Shown: positions 31,886-45,384 of the stretch, in pieces
Position numbering within the stretch: position 1 is the stretch's first letter
How the letters are laid out: every line of letters begins with the position of its first letter
Origin: Hormiphora californensis
Lineage: Eukaryota > Animalia > Ctenophora
NCBI GenBank assembly: GCA_020137815.1
Contig: CM035351.1
Coordinates: 4,960,001-5,024,000 of the forward strand
Length of the DNA: 64,000 bases
Direction of reading: 5' to 3'
Notes under the pieces: generated by a model
Database searches by the model: none
What the model saw: the letters and a program-made list of their open reading frames with translations, nothing else
Told to the model about the DNA's origin: nothing
Position numbers and translations under genes: made by a program

Positions 31886-34800
31886 ATGCCCGTGCTGGAA
31901 GACCCCCAATTCAAGGGAGTAGGCATCAAGGCCGGAATTTCAATTTGGCGTGTTGAGGTAAGGTTTGAATTTTGAATCTAAACAAGCCTTTGATCTGGGT
32001 AATATATTCACTATTTATTTTAATTTTATTTTTATTTAACTAATAATCGAACTTTTGTACTGTAAAATAAAGTGAGTTTTAAATGTGTGTTCTTGAGAGG
32101 TGGTCATGTTTTTGTTGATAGCCTTAATTATTTTTCAAGTTTCAAGTTCAAGTTTGAGTGGGATATCAAATGCATAATTTACGTTTTCATTTACATTACC
32201 TTTGATCTAACTTGTATTTCCTGCAGAAGTTGCAACTCGCGCCTGCCCCTGAGGAGACCAAGACCGGTGTATTCTACAAGGGAGACTCGTATCTTATTCT
32301 AAAGGTAAAAACCACTAACAAATTGTAGGGCTGTTTTTAACCCATATTCTTGATTTTAACCGAATACACCTACTTCAGACTGTCAAGACCCCGTCAGCAA
32401 AGAACGACATCCATTTCTGGCTCGGGTCCCAAACATCAAATGTAAGTACAACCTTATGCAATAATTTTACAAACTTGAGACTACAGAGCATCAATGATAA
32501 GCCCTTGACGATTTACCAACTGTAATTTGTATTATGACAACCTATCTTTTTACCCTCCCCCCAGGATGAGGCTGGCATTGCTGCCATTAAAGCAGTCGAG
32601 CTAGATGACTACCTCGGTGGAGCTCCCGTTCAGCACAGAGAGGTCCAGGGGAATGAGTCTGCCCTCTTCAGGTCCTACTTCAAGAGCCTTCGGTAAGTTA
32701 GATTAGGAACTGTTGAATATTTGGTCTATCTTATCAAACTTGATGGCCGTTACTCTTTAGATGTTATTTAACATCCTTCACCTAAAACAATACATGTACC
32801 CCAAAGTTGACTAACCAACCTCCATCCTAGGTATAAGGACGGTGGTGTCGGGTCAGGATTTAAGAAGGTCGAGCACGTCCACAAGAACAGGCTCTACCAG
32901 GTGAAGGGCCGAAGGAGGGTGAGAGTCAGTGAGGTGCCCTGTACTATTGATAGCGTGAACAGTGGCGATGTGTTCATTCTCGATACCCATAACATCATCT
33001 TTCTCTTTTACGGGAGTGATAGCAACAAGATTGAACGGCAAAAGGTAAGTCTCAATTTATATGATCAATGTGGAATTTATTCAGTGCCCATGTGTTTGAG
33101 TTGGAATCAGTTTTGAAACGGGATAGAAATAGGAAAACTTGTCGGTGCATTACCATTTCAAAGATTCCTAACACCCCTCTCTTCTCCAGGGTATTGAAGT
33201 TGGCAACCAGATCCGAGATGTTGAGCACCAGGGCACATCACAAGTCTTTATTTTGGGTAAGATATAGAGAGAGGGAGAGGGAGATATAGACTAGAGGGAG
33301 AGGGAGGGATATAGAGCAAAAGAGATGGTAATTGCTTTGCCCAAATGTTTTGTGAATTAGGGACAGACAAGATTTTCTTCGCTTCTTCACCTATACACTA
33401 GACACTAACGACCCCCTACATTCTCCGGAATTCTCACACTCTGCTTTTGACTCCTCACTATCTCATGAATATACGCAAACTTAGCCCCGTACAATAATCT
33501 AGTGTTGTTTAAAAAGAGAGAAAGAGAGATCCAGAGCGAGAGCTATATAGCTTATCTCTGGTTTAGGTATCTTTTCAAGCGACCATAGTCAACCGTCACA
33601 TGTTATTGAGTACCCCTTACTCAACCCCTTACTCAACCGTCACATGTTCTATAACTTCACTCTTCAGACCAAAGTGATAAAGCTGCACTGAGGGCAGAGG
33701 GAAGGAAGTTTTTCACTGTTCTGGGTGCTAACCCTGAGTATATCAACCATATCAAGTCGAGTGAGGCTGGTGGTGCTGATGAGTTAGTTGCTCAGAGCTC
33801 CTTCGTTACTCTCATCAAGTAAGTTTACCAAGTTGTACCTAACTAGATTATTGGTAACGAAGTAACCCCTCCGTTGCCAGGGCGTGAAGGTTAAGAGGGG
33901 TTATTTCGTAACCAAACTAGATTATAGGATCTGGTCAGTCAGTTAGGGTAGGCGGTAAATGTTAACCAGATCTGTGAGAATTTTGCACGTTTTTGCCCAT
34001 AACTCAGCCATTTCTTGACCAATTTGCAAAATCTTTGGCTCATTGGAAAGAGGACATCGAGATCTTTCAAATGAGCTCAAGAAAATGAAAATTGGCGCAA
34101 ATTGCGCGGCGTGGTGGCGAAAACGCGCATTTTGCGCCATGACGCCGCGCATTTTGTGCCGATTTTAGTTTTATTGGGCTCATTTGAAAGAGCTCAATGT
34201 CCTCTTTCCAACGCGCCCAAGATTTTGCAAATTGGTCAAGAAATGACTGAGTTATGGACAAAAACATGGTTTTGCACGTACGTTTTCTCTCAGATCTGGT
34301 TAACATTTACCGCCTACCGTCAGTTAGGAGCTAGAAAATGTCGTCTTTCTAACTACTTGCTATTATTCCATGTTCATTATTCTCTACCCCGGACCCCCAT
34401 ATTCCATAATTACAGGATCTCAGATGAAAGTGGGCGGATCAAGATGGAACTGGCAGGAAGGTCTCCCCTAACCCAGGACCAGCTCAACCCCAACGACTCA
34501 TTCCTTCTGGACCACGGTGGTAACAAAATCTTCATCTGGCATGGAAAGTTCGCCAGCCGAGAGGAGAAGAAATCCAGCATGGTCTATGCATCGGTAATTA
34601 TTAAAACTTAATTCCGTTTAGTTCCAATGAATTGTTGGACACGTGGTGGTCCAGACTGGTCCACTCTATTTTAGGGGTATCTATAACGAGTTTCAGCACG
34701 TGCGGGTGGCCTTTATTTAGCACCTCTCTCCCTCCTTCTGTAGTTAATTTCCATAAACTAGATATATCGCACTGCACAGACCTTGGATACAGCTCAGTAG

Positions 34801-37800
34801 CACCCTTGTACATAGAACCCGGAGCCGACAAGCCACACCTAGCTCTAGCTCTCTTTTAATCTCTCTAATCCCTTTCACCCTGAATTTTCGCTGACGTGTG
34901 TGTGCATCGTTTCAAAGACTGCACAATTTTCCAAGCGAGACCTGTGTGTAGGGATGTTATCCCGTTATCCAGTTATCACCAATGGGCGTCTGTATGTGCA
35001 GCATCTCTTGGGGATAGAAAGAAAAGGAGAGCTCTGGGTGTGTAAGAGATCCATCTTGGAGAGCGTGAAAGATGGGGAGAGACATACAAATAAGAGTGGG
35101 AGATGGGGAGAGAGCGATGGATAGGCAAAGATAGAGCTTCGGAGACCAGAAAAGGAGAGCTGGATAGAGTAATGGGGGAGAGAGAGGATAGAGTGAGAGA
35201 GAGGATAGAGTGAGAGAGAGGATAGAGTGTGTGAGAGAGAGGGAGAGAGAAGAAGCATGTGCCCTGAGGAAGAATGAACGCAAATGGTAGACGGCTGTCC
35301 AGCAATAGAACGCGAATGGTGCTCCTCTCTCTCTCTCTTTGTCTTTAACTCTCTCTCTCTCCCTCTTTTATTCTCTCTCTCCCTCTCTAACTCTGCTAAG
35401 ACTGTGAATGTAGGTGTGCAGCTATCATGGACTAAGTAGACACGAGAGAGATAGAAAGAGAGAGAAGGGGGATAGAGAGATAGAGAGCCTCTAAGCGCCA
35501 TTGACCATTGGTTTGCTAACCATCCAGCAGAAAGAATAGAACAAGAACAATGACAAAATCGTTGGGGTTTTCCAAATGGCACTGGGAAATTCAGGCCGTT
35601 TATTGAGATATATCTAGGGGCCTTCTTTTCTGCAGAACATTGTCTCACTTCGTTCTTTCTAGCGGCACCTAGCTGAGCACAATGACGAAAAATACACCGA
35701 CCTGATCTTAGAGAAGATAGAATAGAAGTCAATGTACATGGAAATTGCAAATACGTTATGCCAAACAACTCATATAATTCACTCCATGACTCAACTTTCT
35801 CCAACAACCATTCCCAAACTAACCAGATTGCCACTAAAACCCGGCTCCTACAGGAGTACATGATTGATAAGGGATACCCTGCCAACACAAGTGTAACTGC
35901 CTGCTGCCAGTACGCTGAACCAGTCGAGTTCAGACAGTGTTTCACTGCACCCTGGAAGGAGAAGGCAAGCAGAACCACCCATGATCCTACCCCCGGAGTG
36001 AAAAGGTAAACTTTGTTTTGTACAAACTCTCTCGAAACAATAATTGTAGAATTAATACTTTGGTTACCGCCGGTTGTGTGACTGTTTACAGTCCCAGATG
36101 AGCAACCCAAACCAAACAAAACCAAATAAAACCCACCTTGGTAATATTTATACTAATAGCGTTGCTACCTCTCTAGGCGAGCTCCCACAGTTGTCAATGT
36201 GAACACTCTCCACAAGAGAAATGAAAGGAGCGAGGCTAAGAGAATGTTTGATGATGGTACTGGACAGAAACAGGTATAGGTCCTGATCATGTTAAAATAT
36301 CTTGATTGGTACCAGTTGTTCATACTTTAGTTGACAACTGATCACCCGATACGAACAGTTTTTTGGGTTTTAAAGTTAATGGTCACGCCAGACCGAGGCT
36401 GAACAAGGAACCAAATGGTTTGATTCCAATTTCTTGTAGGTGTGGAGAATTGAGAAGATGAAGCCCGTTGCCGTTCCTGCTACCAAGTTTGGACAGTTCT
36501 ACTCGGGTGATTGTTATGTCATCTTCTACAGCTACAAGGAGAACGCAGGACGGGGCAAGGAAGTCCAAATCATCTACTTCTGGATTGTAAGTTTACTTCT
36601 CTCTCTTCCCCAATTGAACATCTCCCAAACCTCCTGCTATACTACTAAATAACAACTGAATTGAGTGATGAGAAATGTGTTTTTACTTTTCCACCCATCT
36701 AAACCCTGTTTTTTACACCCCAAAACTTGCATTGTTCGAACCTCTCTCTCCGCGTCCCGGAGGGTTAGAACAACCCCAACACCTGACCACAAACACTCCA
36801 CACACAGGGAGCCCACAGTACTCCCGATGAGAGAGGTGCAGCAGCTGCCTTTGCAGTGGAACTAGACGACAAACACGGTGGTAGACCCATCCAGATGAGG
36901 ATTGTCCAGGGGAAGGAGCCCCTTCATTTCATGTTGATCTTCAAGGGAACACTTATCATCAGGGAAGGTGGAATCAAGTCTTCCTTTACACGTGTTGCTA
37001 AGGTAATATTACTGTTGCTAAGGTAATTGTTGTTGCTGTTCGTGATCTAGAATGACGAATATTTTTAACCACTATCATAAACTGCAAAACCACGTGAACT
37101 CACATGTTTCAACTTCTCTCCAATCCCAAAACTCACACTTCTCCAATCTCCCCAATCCCCTGCATCATTGCAGGAGAATGATAAACATGCAGTTGTTGGT
37201 AATGGTGCAGAGCAATCCCCTGCATCACTACATCCCACTCACACGTCTCTAATTCACAGGAGAATGATAAACATGCAGTTGTTGGTAATGGTGCAGAGCC
37301 CATGGAGGAGGATGGAGACACAATGGATCAAGAGGGGAACACCTGTAAACTATTCCACGTTAAGGGTACCAGCCCTGACTGCTGCAAGGGCATCGAGGTA
37401 CTACTAGCTGCAGATATGTGCTTACTGCTGTTGGTTGTCAATTGCTATCTTGACTTGTTGTCCCCTTACTCAACAATAAACTACTATTTTCGCTATCTAC
37501 TTCAGATGTTTGTATTTGCTGTTGCTGCTATTCTGGTTTTTACTGCTGAGTGCTGTTCACGTTACCGTTATTCATGGTGAGTTGTTGAACATTGAAAATG
37601 CGTTACTTATTTGTCACCCTTTTAAAAACACCCTCTCTCTTGCTCACAGGTACCTGCCAAAGCGTGTAACCTGAACAGCAATGACGTATTCGTCCTATCC
37701 TATGACATCACAACCTATGTATGGTACGGGAAGGGCTGCACCAGTCTTGAGATGAAGGTGGGAGACTACATCGCCACATCTATTGTCAACAAATCTGCAC

Positions 37801-39732
37801 CCATGATTGGGGTCCACGAGGGAAATGAACCGACCCAATTCTGGAGTCTGCTGGGAGGACGAGATCACTACGCTTCCTCTGATATCCTGGCTGTAGCAGA
37901 TAGCCCCACCCCTGCTAGGTTGTTCCATGTTAGTAACAGTAAGGGATATATCACTATGGAGGAAATTGTGGACTTTAGCCAACAGGTTGGTTACTCATTA
38001 TTATAGTCGTGCGTGCGATCAGAAGGTAACAGGTGGGTACTACCTTGAGTCGCCTGACACTGTGTCTGCGCTACCAAGCCAGCAGGTATAGTGATTTTAG
38101 AATTGAGATATGACGAACATCTTTCATACTCAAAGCTGACAAATGATAATGTATTTCGAATCTTTCTGAATGATGAAAATTTGAACCTGCAACTCAGATG
38201 ATCATGAAATGTGACTGATTCAGAATGGTTGAGAATACATTGTCATTTCTCAGATGATCTGAGTGATCTTGAACTCAATCAGTCAAGTTTCTCTCTCCCA
38301 TTTCTCTCTCCCTCTCCGTGACCTGATCTACCTCCTGACTCCACAATGTATTCTCTCCTCACTCTCCCACCTCCCCGGCCACTGCATGACTTAATCTCTC
38401 ATTCTCTCTCTTCCCCAGGATCTCTCTCTCTCTCTCTAGCTCTCACTCCACGACCTAATCTCTCCCTTCTCTCCCTCCCCTCTCCACGATATAATCTCTC
38501 CCTTCTCCCCCCAGGATCTCACTCCGTAGGACCTAACTTCTCCCTCTCTCCCCAAGATCTCACTCCACTCTTTAACCTCTCTCCCTCTCTCTCCCCTGCA
38601 GGATCTCATCTCGGAGGATATCATGGTGCTAGACTGCTACGATGAGATGTTCGTCTGGGTAGGTGCTGCATCCAACGCAGAGGAGAGAAACACGGGCCTA
38701 AAGTTAGCTGACCAATACCTTTCCTCTGATCCGAGTGGCAGGGACCCTGATTCAGTGACCATGTTTCAACTAAGGGAGGGATGTGAACCACCCAATTTCA
38801 GGGCCCACTTTGCAGGGTGGGACTTCAGGCTCTCCAAAGCCAAGAACGGTAAGAGAGGGGAGAGAGAGACGAGAGTTAGATCTGATATAGGGGTACCGTG
38901 TATAACAGTGTAGGGTCGGTGTCTTTCTCCCATATTTGATGTTGTTGCGGATACTGTATAATTATTCATGTGCTTGAAATTTGCATAGATACAACATAAC
39001 ACGCAAGGCCGCATATAATGCATTTCATCTTGACGCTAAACCTGGTGACACTAGTGACAGACCCTGTATAGTGTATACACCTGACCAATCCTAATCGTGA
39101 CTTGACTAACGACTCTGAATTCTCTAAATTCAACTGCAACCCCCTTGCTCAACCCTCTCTGACCCCCGCCCACACCTCCACATCTAACAACATTCCACAC
39201 ACAGTTGCCCCACGAAGTGGTCTGCAGCCATCAAGTGGAGACAGTAACGGGGCGGGTATTAGAGATGGTAGGGAGGTTCTGGAAGAGCTGAACAGAGAGC
39301 ACTACCCTTATGAGGACCTGAAGGATGGGAAGTGTCCTAGTGGTGTTAACCCCTGCAACAAAGAGGTGTGAGCCCAACTTTTTCTTGTTTTGTTCAAACC
39401 CATTTGAGAGGGAGAAAGGTATACCTAAACCCCCACTTTTTCTATTCGACGAATAGTAGTAGAACAGGGTTCTTGCTATAACTTAGAACCTAAATATCGG
39501 GCTTGTATTACATAATTTGAAATCCAAATACCCCAAACTGGACAAGTAAAGAGGATCTCTTGCATATATCAAAATCTCTCTCCCCCCCCACTTGTTGAGT
39601 AACAACCCCCTCCCCCAGGACTACCTTTGTGATGATGAGTTCGAGGTTGTGTTCGGAATGTCCCGTGAGAAGTTTACCAACCTTGCCAAGTGGAAGAAAG
39701 TTAATCTGAAAAAGGAAAAGAAAATGTTCTGA
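31886..39732 (+). CDS. Villin/advillin-like protein (six gelsolin repeats plus C-terminal headpiece)
   Basis: [104 protein letters not shown], headpiece [37 protein letters not shown]; ~18 GT-AG exons. Confidence 0.92.
32030..32153 (+). repeat. ~120-bp dispersed repeat (copy 1), probable SINE/LINE 3' end with TTTCAAG tandem tail
   Basis: Near-identical to 44321-44445. Confidence 0.8.
33947..34318. mobile_element. Foldback MITE with 9-bp TSD (Mutator/Merlin-like) in villin intron
   Basis: TIR GGTAGGCGGTAAATGTTAACCAGATCTG; TSD GTCAGTTAG at 33938-33946 and 34319-34327. Confidence 0.92.
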
Positions 39733-40581
39733 GATGGAATGATATATCTGATATATTGTGACACTGATATGAAAAATGAAATAGTATCACTAGGATGAGA
39801 GATAAGAGACTCATGTGTTTGAAAAATTCGCCAGATATTTTACGCTGTTTTTAGTTGTATGCTTTGTTTAGCTGTACTGTGTTTTATTTTGTCTTGAGAT
39901 TCTTTGTGTGATTATTTTATTGCTAATTTATCATTTTAAAATGTTGAGTTTCTCTTTTGAATTGATGTTAAAATGAGGTCGGCCACCGTCTGTGAAATTT
40001 GTGACTTGGGGAAACAAGATAACAAAACAAGATGAAAGGGTCGATTTGGGTTGTATTGATTCAGTGATCCACAATCTGGTGTCCAAACCGAGAATTTGCT
40101 CTCTAACCCTCAGACTCACGGAGTGTTTGCCCATCAGCCATGAGAGAGCGGACTTGAAACTGGTGGCCCCAAAATGACGATTCGTATTCTCTGGTGCGCG
40201 CATTGACATCTCTCTGAGAAAGTTGCTGTTGCAAGCATTCACACTGACAGGTCCGAGCCGCGCAGAGACCCAACTTCATCAGTCGTTTGGGAGACGCAGT
40301 GTGCGCGCGAGACCAACAACTCCTGCTGGCTTTTCACAGATCTGCCAAATTCGCGCCCTCCCGACACAAGATTCTTCCTTCCGAACTGGGGGGGTTTATC
40401 CTGTTTGGTGACGTTCTAGAAACCAAGAAAGTAAAGGCATGTTTTTCATCTCGTATACCAAAAAGTCACTTGTAAAACTCATAAATTAGAAAAGGACGGA
40501 CTCTCTCTCGGTAATATAGTGGAACCCTATATGGGGACACAAAGATGAACACATGTATACACTGTCTCTCTCTCCATCACT

Positions 40582-42129
40582 CTATTCGAGGGCATTAGCT
40601 CCAGAGATAATCTCAATCAGCTCCCTGGTAATGACAGCCTGTCGGGTCCTGTTGTACTGAAGTGTCAGCTTGTCGATCATCTCTCCCGCATTTCGGGTAG
40701 CGTTCTCCATCGCATTCATACGGGCACTCTGCTCACTGCACTCCTGCTCTCGGATCGAGTGGTAGACAATGTTCGCCAGAGTGAATTCCTGGGAGAAAAA
40801 GAGGGGGTTAGAGAGGGTATTGGAGATTAGGGCGGAAGTTTTGTTGTAGACAATGTTCGCCAGGGTTAGAAAAAAATGTCAAGATGAAGAGAAAGGGGGT
40901 TTGGCTGATATTGGCCTAGAATATAAATAGTGATGAAGAGAATGGGATCTCTATCGATAACCCAATAAATCGAATGTTTACGGAGCTGGTGACATCTACA
41001 GTAGTATTTAGGTACCTGGTAGCACTTGAGCACTTCACTGTCGACCTCATCGTAGTTGTAGATGGCATCATTTGCCTCGATAGACGCTACACCGGGAATG
41101 GGCTTCGTCTGAAAAGGGGGGTCAAGGGTAACTACATCTAATGTTAATTTGACAGAAATGTTCCAACCCAACGCCCCAGTTTATAATAAATAGTAAATAC
41201 AGGAGCAACGATGTTACAAATCGAAAATAGATAGTATATCGCTCTATAAAGTTCACAAATAAGTACAAACCGTGGTATTATAGGAGACAACATTAACGAA
41301 ACTGTTGTAGACGATATCAACAGTATCTGCCTCGTGTGATAGGACCTCCTCAGCAACATTAATTGCATCCGTGAAAGATGCTGGTTTCTTTCCGACATTG
41401 TTGAAGGTTGCCAGGAAGGTGTCTGCCATGGTCCTCTGTAGAATCATCTTGGCCTAGGGGAGTAGAGAATGGTAAAACAGACCCAAATTGATATATTTAA
41501 ATTTACAGATTGTATTTGACTTGCTCGACCCTCTCTCACCGCGCCCCAAGGGTCAGAACATAACAAACATAATATTATGTGTGTGCAATTAAATATGTAA
41601 TGGCAATAATTAATTATAATTACCTTGTCTCCAACAATGATGGTTTTCGTGACGGGTTTCTCAAGGTTTGCTGCCTTGATGGCCTTTCCAAGTCCAGAGT
41701 GGACACCACCACACAGACCTCGGTCAGAGGAGATCGCCAGAATAATTTTATCCTCACCAGACTCGAACTCGTTCTTGGTGTAGAGAGATTCGGCACCGGT
41801 TCCGTATACTCGGGCAGGCTAGAGAGAGAAGTGTTTACAATAAAAGTTTTAGTATTCAGAGGAGGGAAACCAGGGAAAATAATCGAAGATTCGCGAATAA
41901 TGGCTAATGGCACGCTAGAACCATAAATAACAAGGCTGATTATATTTATTACCTTGAGGGCCCGCTCAGCTCGAGAGTACTTGGCAGCAGACACCATCTT
42001 CATAGAGGAGGTGATCTTTCGAATATTCTTGACACTTTTTAGTCGGGTTTCAATATCCTTGAGAGTTGCCATTCCCCTCGCGGCGTTGGGTGCCAGGGTC
42101 ACCGTTGATCGGAGCATCGGGAACGCCAT
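40582..42129 (-). CDS. ATP5F1C: Mitochondrial ATP synthase F1 gamma subunit, 5 exons
   Basis: [94 protein letters not shown]. Confidence 0.96.
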
Positions 42130-42638
42130 GGCTGGTGAGGTAGTAAGAGATTAGTCATTAGGGCTAGGGTGCAATATAGAGATATTGGGGACGGGTAGGG
42201 GAGGGGCTAGCTGCTAGCAGCTGTAGTGGGGTTAGAGAGATAGGGGAGATACGTTCGGGCCTCGGGGTTGGGGGACATGGGGTAGTAGTTTGTGATGATT
42301 AGATGGGGAAGCAATGGGGCTCGGGAATGTGATAGTTGAAGATTACACCGGGTTTCAGAGTGTAACTAGCACCCTGAACCCCGGTGTAATACTGCTAAAC
42401 CTGTAATGGGCTAATTGCTGAAAATAGGGAAATGATTGGTTGGGCTGTGGTCAAAAGAAAATGGAATCAACTGTTGTGAAAGAAGTCTTAAAGAAAGATG
42501 TAATATATTCTATACTGTAAAAGGATGTATCGTAAAAAGATGCAATCTTAAAAAGATTCTTTTAACATGTTCAAATAAATATGAGTAGATAAAAACTAAT
42601 CTGTCCGCACAAATACACACACACACTTGGGTGGGTAT

Positions 42639-42959
42639 CTATTTGTTTGCGCTGATGGCTTCCCTCAGTTTCGACTCAGCAGCGCCCTCTACGGTCGCCA
42701 GTACCTTTCCACCCTTGTACACTTTGAAGGTAGGCATACAGCTGATTTCAGCATGTGAAGTTGCCTCGTCGTTCTTGTCCACGTCCACCTTGAAGAAAAG
42801 CACGTCGCTCATCTCTTCAGCCATCTTCCCGAAGGTGGGGGCAAAATTGATGCAAGGTCCGCACCAAGTAGCCCAGAAATCAACAACGACAAGTTTGCCG
42901 GGTTCTGCTCCAAGAACCTTACTCGTGAATGCTTCGTAGGTATCGAGTTGTTCGGGCAT
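42639..42959 (-). CDS. TXN: Thioredoxin, intronless, 106 aa
   Basis: LVVVDFWATWCGPC, FFKVDVD, ISCMPTF; ATG 42959 follows acceptor cctgttttag. Confidence 0.95.
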   Translation of the reverse strand: MPEQLDTYEAFTSKVLGAEPGKLVVVDFWATWCGPCINFAPTFGKMAEEMSDVLFFKVDVDKNDEATSHAEISCMPTFKVYKGGKVLATVEGAAESKLREAISANK

Positions 42960-43309
42960 GCTGAGGAATTGGGCTAAAACAGGAAGAGAAAGTTGATACA
43001 ATGCTCAATCATTTGACATGCAGGTGCAATGCAAGATGGGCAATTATTTATTACATCAATTCAACATTGAATAAGCGGTGAAGATCGGACAAGGAATGGG
43101 AGATTATTATCACAAAGGCACCTACAGGCTACATATGACAAAGAAATTAGCACGAAAAGAGGAAACCATTACAAACAGAGTCGACAGATAACCAACGAGA
43201 GGTACCACAGCGTTTGAACTTTGATGGTCTGAGAAACGTTGAAATTAAAAAATAAAGTGCGTTTCAAACGACTTGACCTGAGATTCCTGGAAATTCAGGA
43301 TTTCCCCTA

Positions 43310-44260
43310 TCAGGGTATACTCCTTCCTGCAACAGCTCCCGTTCTTTGCTGAACTATCTACATACACAACTAACAGCGGGCATACCCTGGAAGCATCTCC
43401 ATGGGTTAGAGACCTCGGTGTTATTGTAGATGCTGGAATGACGTGGTCGGAGCACATAGGAAGAACTGTATCCAGGGCTCGGCAGACGTGTGGATGGACA
43501 CTCAGCGTCTTTAAAAGTCGTGACAGAACAGTCATGCTTACCCTGTACAAATCACTCATACGATCCATACTCGACTATTGCAGCCCACTATGGGCGCCAG
43601 TAGCTATTGGCCAGATACAGCTGGTTGAGTCGGTACAACGAACATTTACCTCCCGTATTTCAAATATGGGAGAACTGAACTACTGGGAGAGACTCAAGGA
43701 CTTGCATCTCATGTCCATTCAGCGACGCCACGAACGTTATTTCATGATCTATATGTTCAAGCTAAGGATGAGTCTAGTACCAAATGACATTGGGATCATA
43801 ATTGAAGATACCGGTCGTTGCGGATTCAAGGCTAGGGTACCCGCTCCGCCTGTTTCCAAGTCTGCTAAAATCCAGTCATTGTACGATCGCTCCTTTTCCA
43901 CTAGAGGTCCTAAGCTATGGAACTGCCTGCCTAAACCGGTCCGAGATCAGACTGAGATGGAGAAATTTAAGTCCGAGCTAGGCGCTTTTCTGGCCCAAAT
44001 TCCAGACGAGCCACCAACACCTGGGTATGTGCGGGCGAATAACAACTCAGTGTTGGATTGGACCATGGGAGGTCGATGGAAATTCGATAGAACTGTATGG
44101 GCATTGTGAGTGACACTAAATCTTGGTGCTTAGGCACTGTGGTGTGGTCAATGGGCACGAGCTTGCTCGCTTGTTTCATTATCTTTATAATGTTACATTA
44201 ATGCCTACGCTACATTGAAGAGGGTGCGTCCGCGAAACTCCGGCCACCTGAAGAAAGAAG
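43310..44260 (+). mobile_element. 5'-truncated non-LTR retrotransposon, same clade as 3620-4480 but a distinct family
   Basis: VRDLGVIVD..MTWSEHI, LYKSLIRSILDYCSPLWAP, VESVQRTFT, NYWERLKDL.LMSIQRRHERY, IPDEPPTPGY...NNNSVLDW. Confidence 0.88.
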
Positions 44261-44320
44261 AGACGAGAGTGTTGGACGTAGATTTTGTTAAAATGAATTG
44301 CGTTTAAGTTTTTAATCTAA

Positions 44321-44445
44321 TTTTATTAAACTAATAATTGAACTTTTGTACTGTAAAATAAAGTCAGTTTTAAATGTGTGTTCTTGAGAGGTGGTCATGT
44401 TTTGTTGATAGCCTTAATTATTTTTCAAGTTTCAAGTTTCAAGTT
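44321..44445 (+). repeat. ~120-bp dispersed repeat (copy 2)
   Basis: Near-identical to 32030-32153. Confidence 0.8.
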
Positions 44446-45059
44446 TCCCCTTTGTAAATACACGCGCAATGCGCCAAATTCCAAGAATTACGGGTCAAGT
44501 CGCTTGAAACGGACTTTAGTTATATACCACACTGACACAGTTTTAATTACAGACAACTCGGTTTCCTTCATTTGAAAGGGACTGCAGACTGCAGCAGACT
44601 GCCTGCTCCTAGCACGGTCAAAGAGTTGACTGTTGAGCAGATTGAGACTTGAGAGCACCCGCACACGTGTTCCTTTTTCAAGCTCTTAAACCTACACCCT
44701 CATTGCTCGAAGTGTTGATCTTGGTAGGGTAACCGTTCACGAATGCTACTGACCCTATTGGAGTCGGGATAAAACAGCACTTCTCACGGCTAACGGTTAG
44801 CCGCCAACCACTAAACTAAAAAGATAGGATTCAAGTCAATATCATGAGACATGAACGCAAAAAAGAAATTTTGGCCGCAGTTATAAAAAAGTACTGGAAA
44901 ACAGAATAAATTATCCACACACCGTCATACTCTCATACTCCCTCTCTCTGCTCACTTGTCTCGAAAGTCTACATCTTCCACACTGACTGGGACAACCCTT
45001 CTCTTGGTTCCCCGAAGCGCAACAAGAGTTGATCTTAACAAACTGAATCGTGTCTTTTC

Positions 45060-45300
45060 TCGTGAAAAAAAAAACTAAAATGGCCGGTTTGAAAAACGAG
45101 AAAAGAAATTTTGATTTTGAAAACTTGAAACCAGTCGCGCGCCCGAATCATACATTTTAAAATGCTGAATATTAAACGTAACGCGCAAATTTTATTCATG
45201 AACCGCTGCATTACTCGCGCGCTTTACTTTTCAAAGCTTTTTGCTGGTCAAAAACAAAGCTGAAAAACCGTTTTAACCCCGGTTTCCGGGCTTTTTTCGC
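45060..45300. promoter_or_regulatory. Candidate promoter region (CGCG-rich motifs in AT-rich context) at the divergent TXN / SNX boundary
   Basis: Clustered cgcgcgc, acgcgc, tcgcgcgc; similar clusters at ~15780, 27410-27530, 31200-31390, all at 5' ends of gene runs. Confidence 0.35.
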
Positions 45301-45384
45301 TGTTTGACAAGGTACACGAAGTGTAATCCATGTAATTTATCCGCTATCACTGCCACTTTTATTCTAAACTAATATTTTTAGCTG

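Noticed and set aside
34965-36125. 386-aa minus-strand ORF antisense to villin
   Set aside because: Composed of intronic low-complexity sequence and the antisense of a villin exon; no domain signal.
39931-40475. Moderately GC-rich segment with short ORFs between villin and ATP5F1C
   Set aside because: No recognisable motif, splice structure or termini; possibly a repeat fragment.
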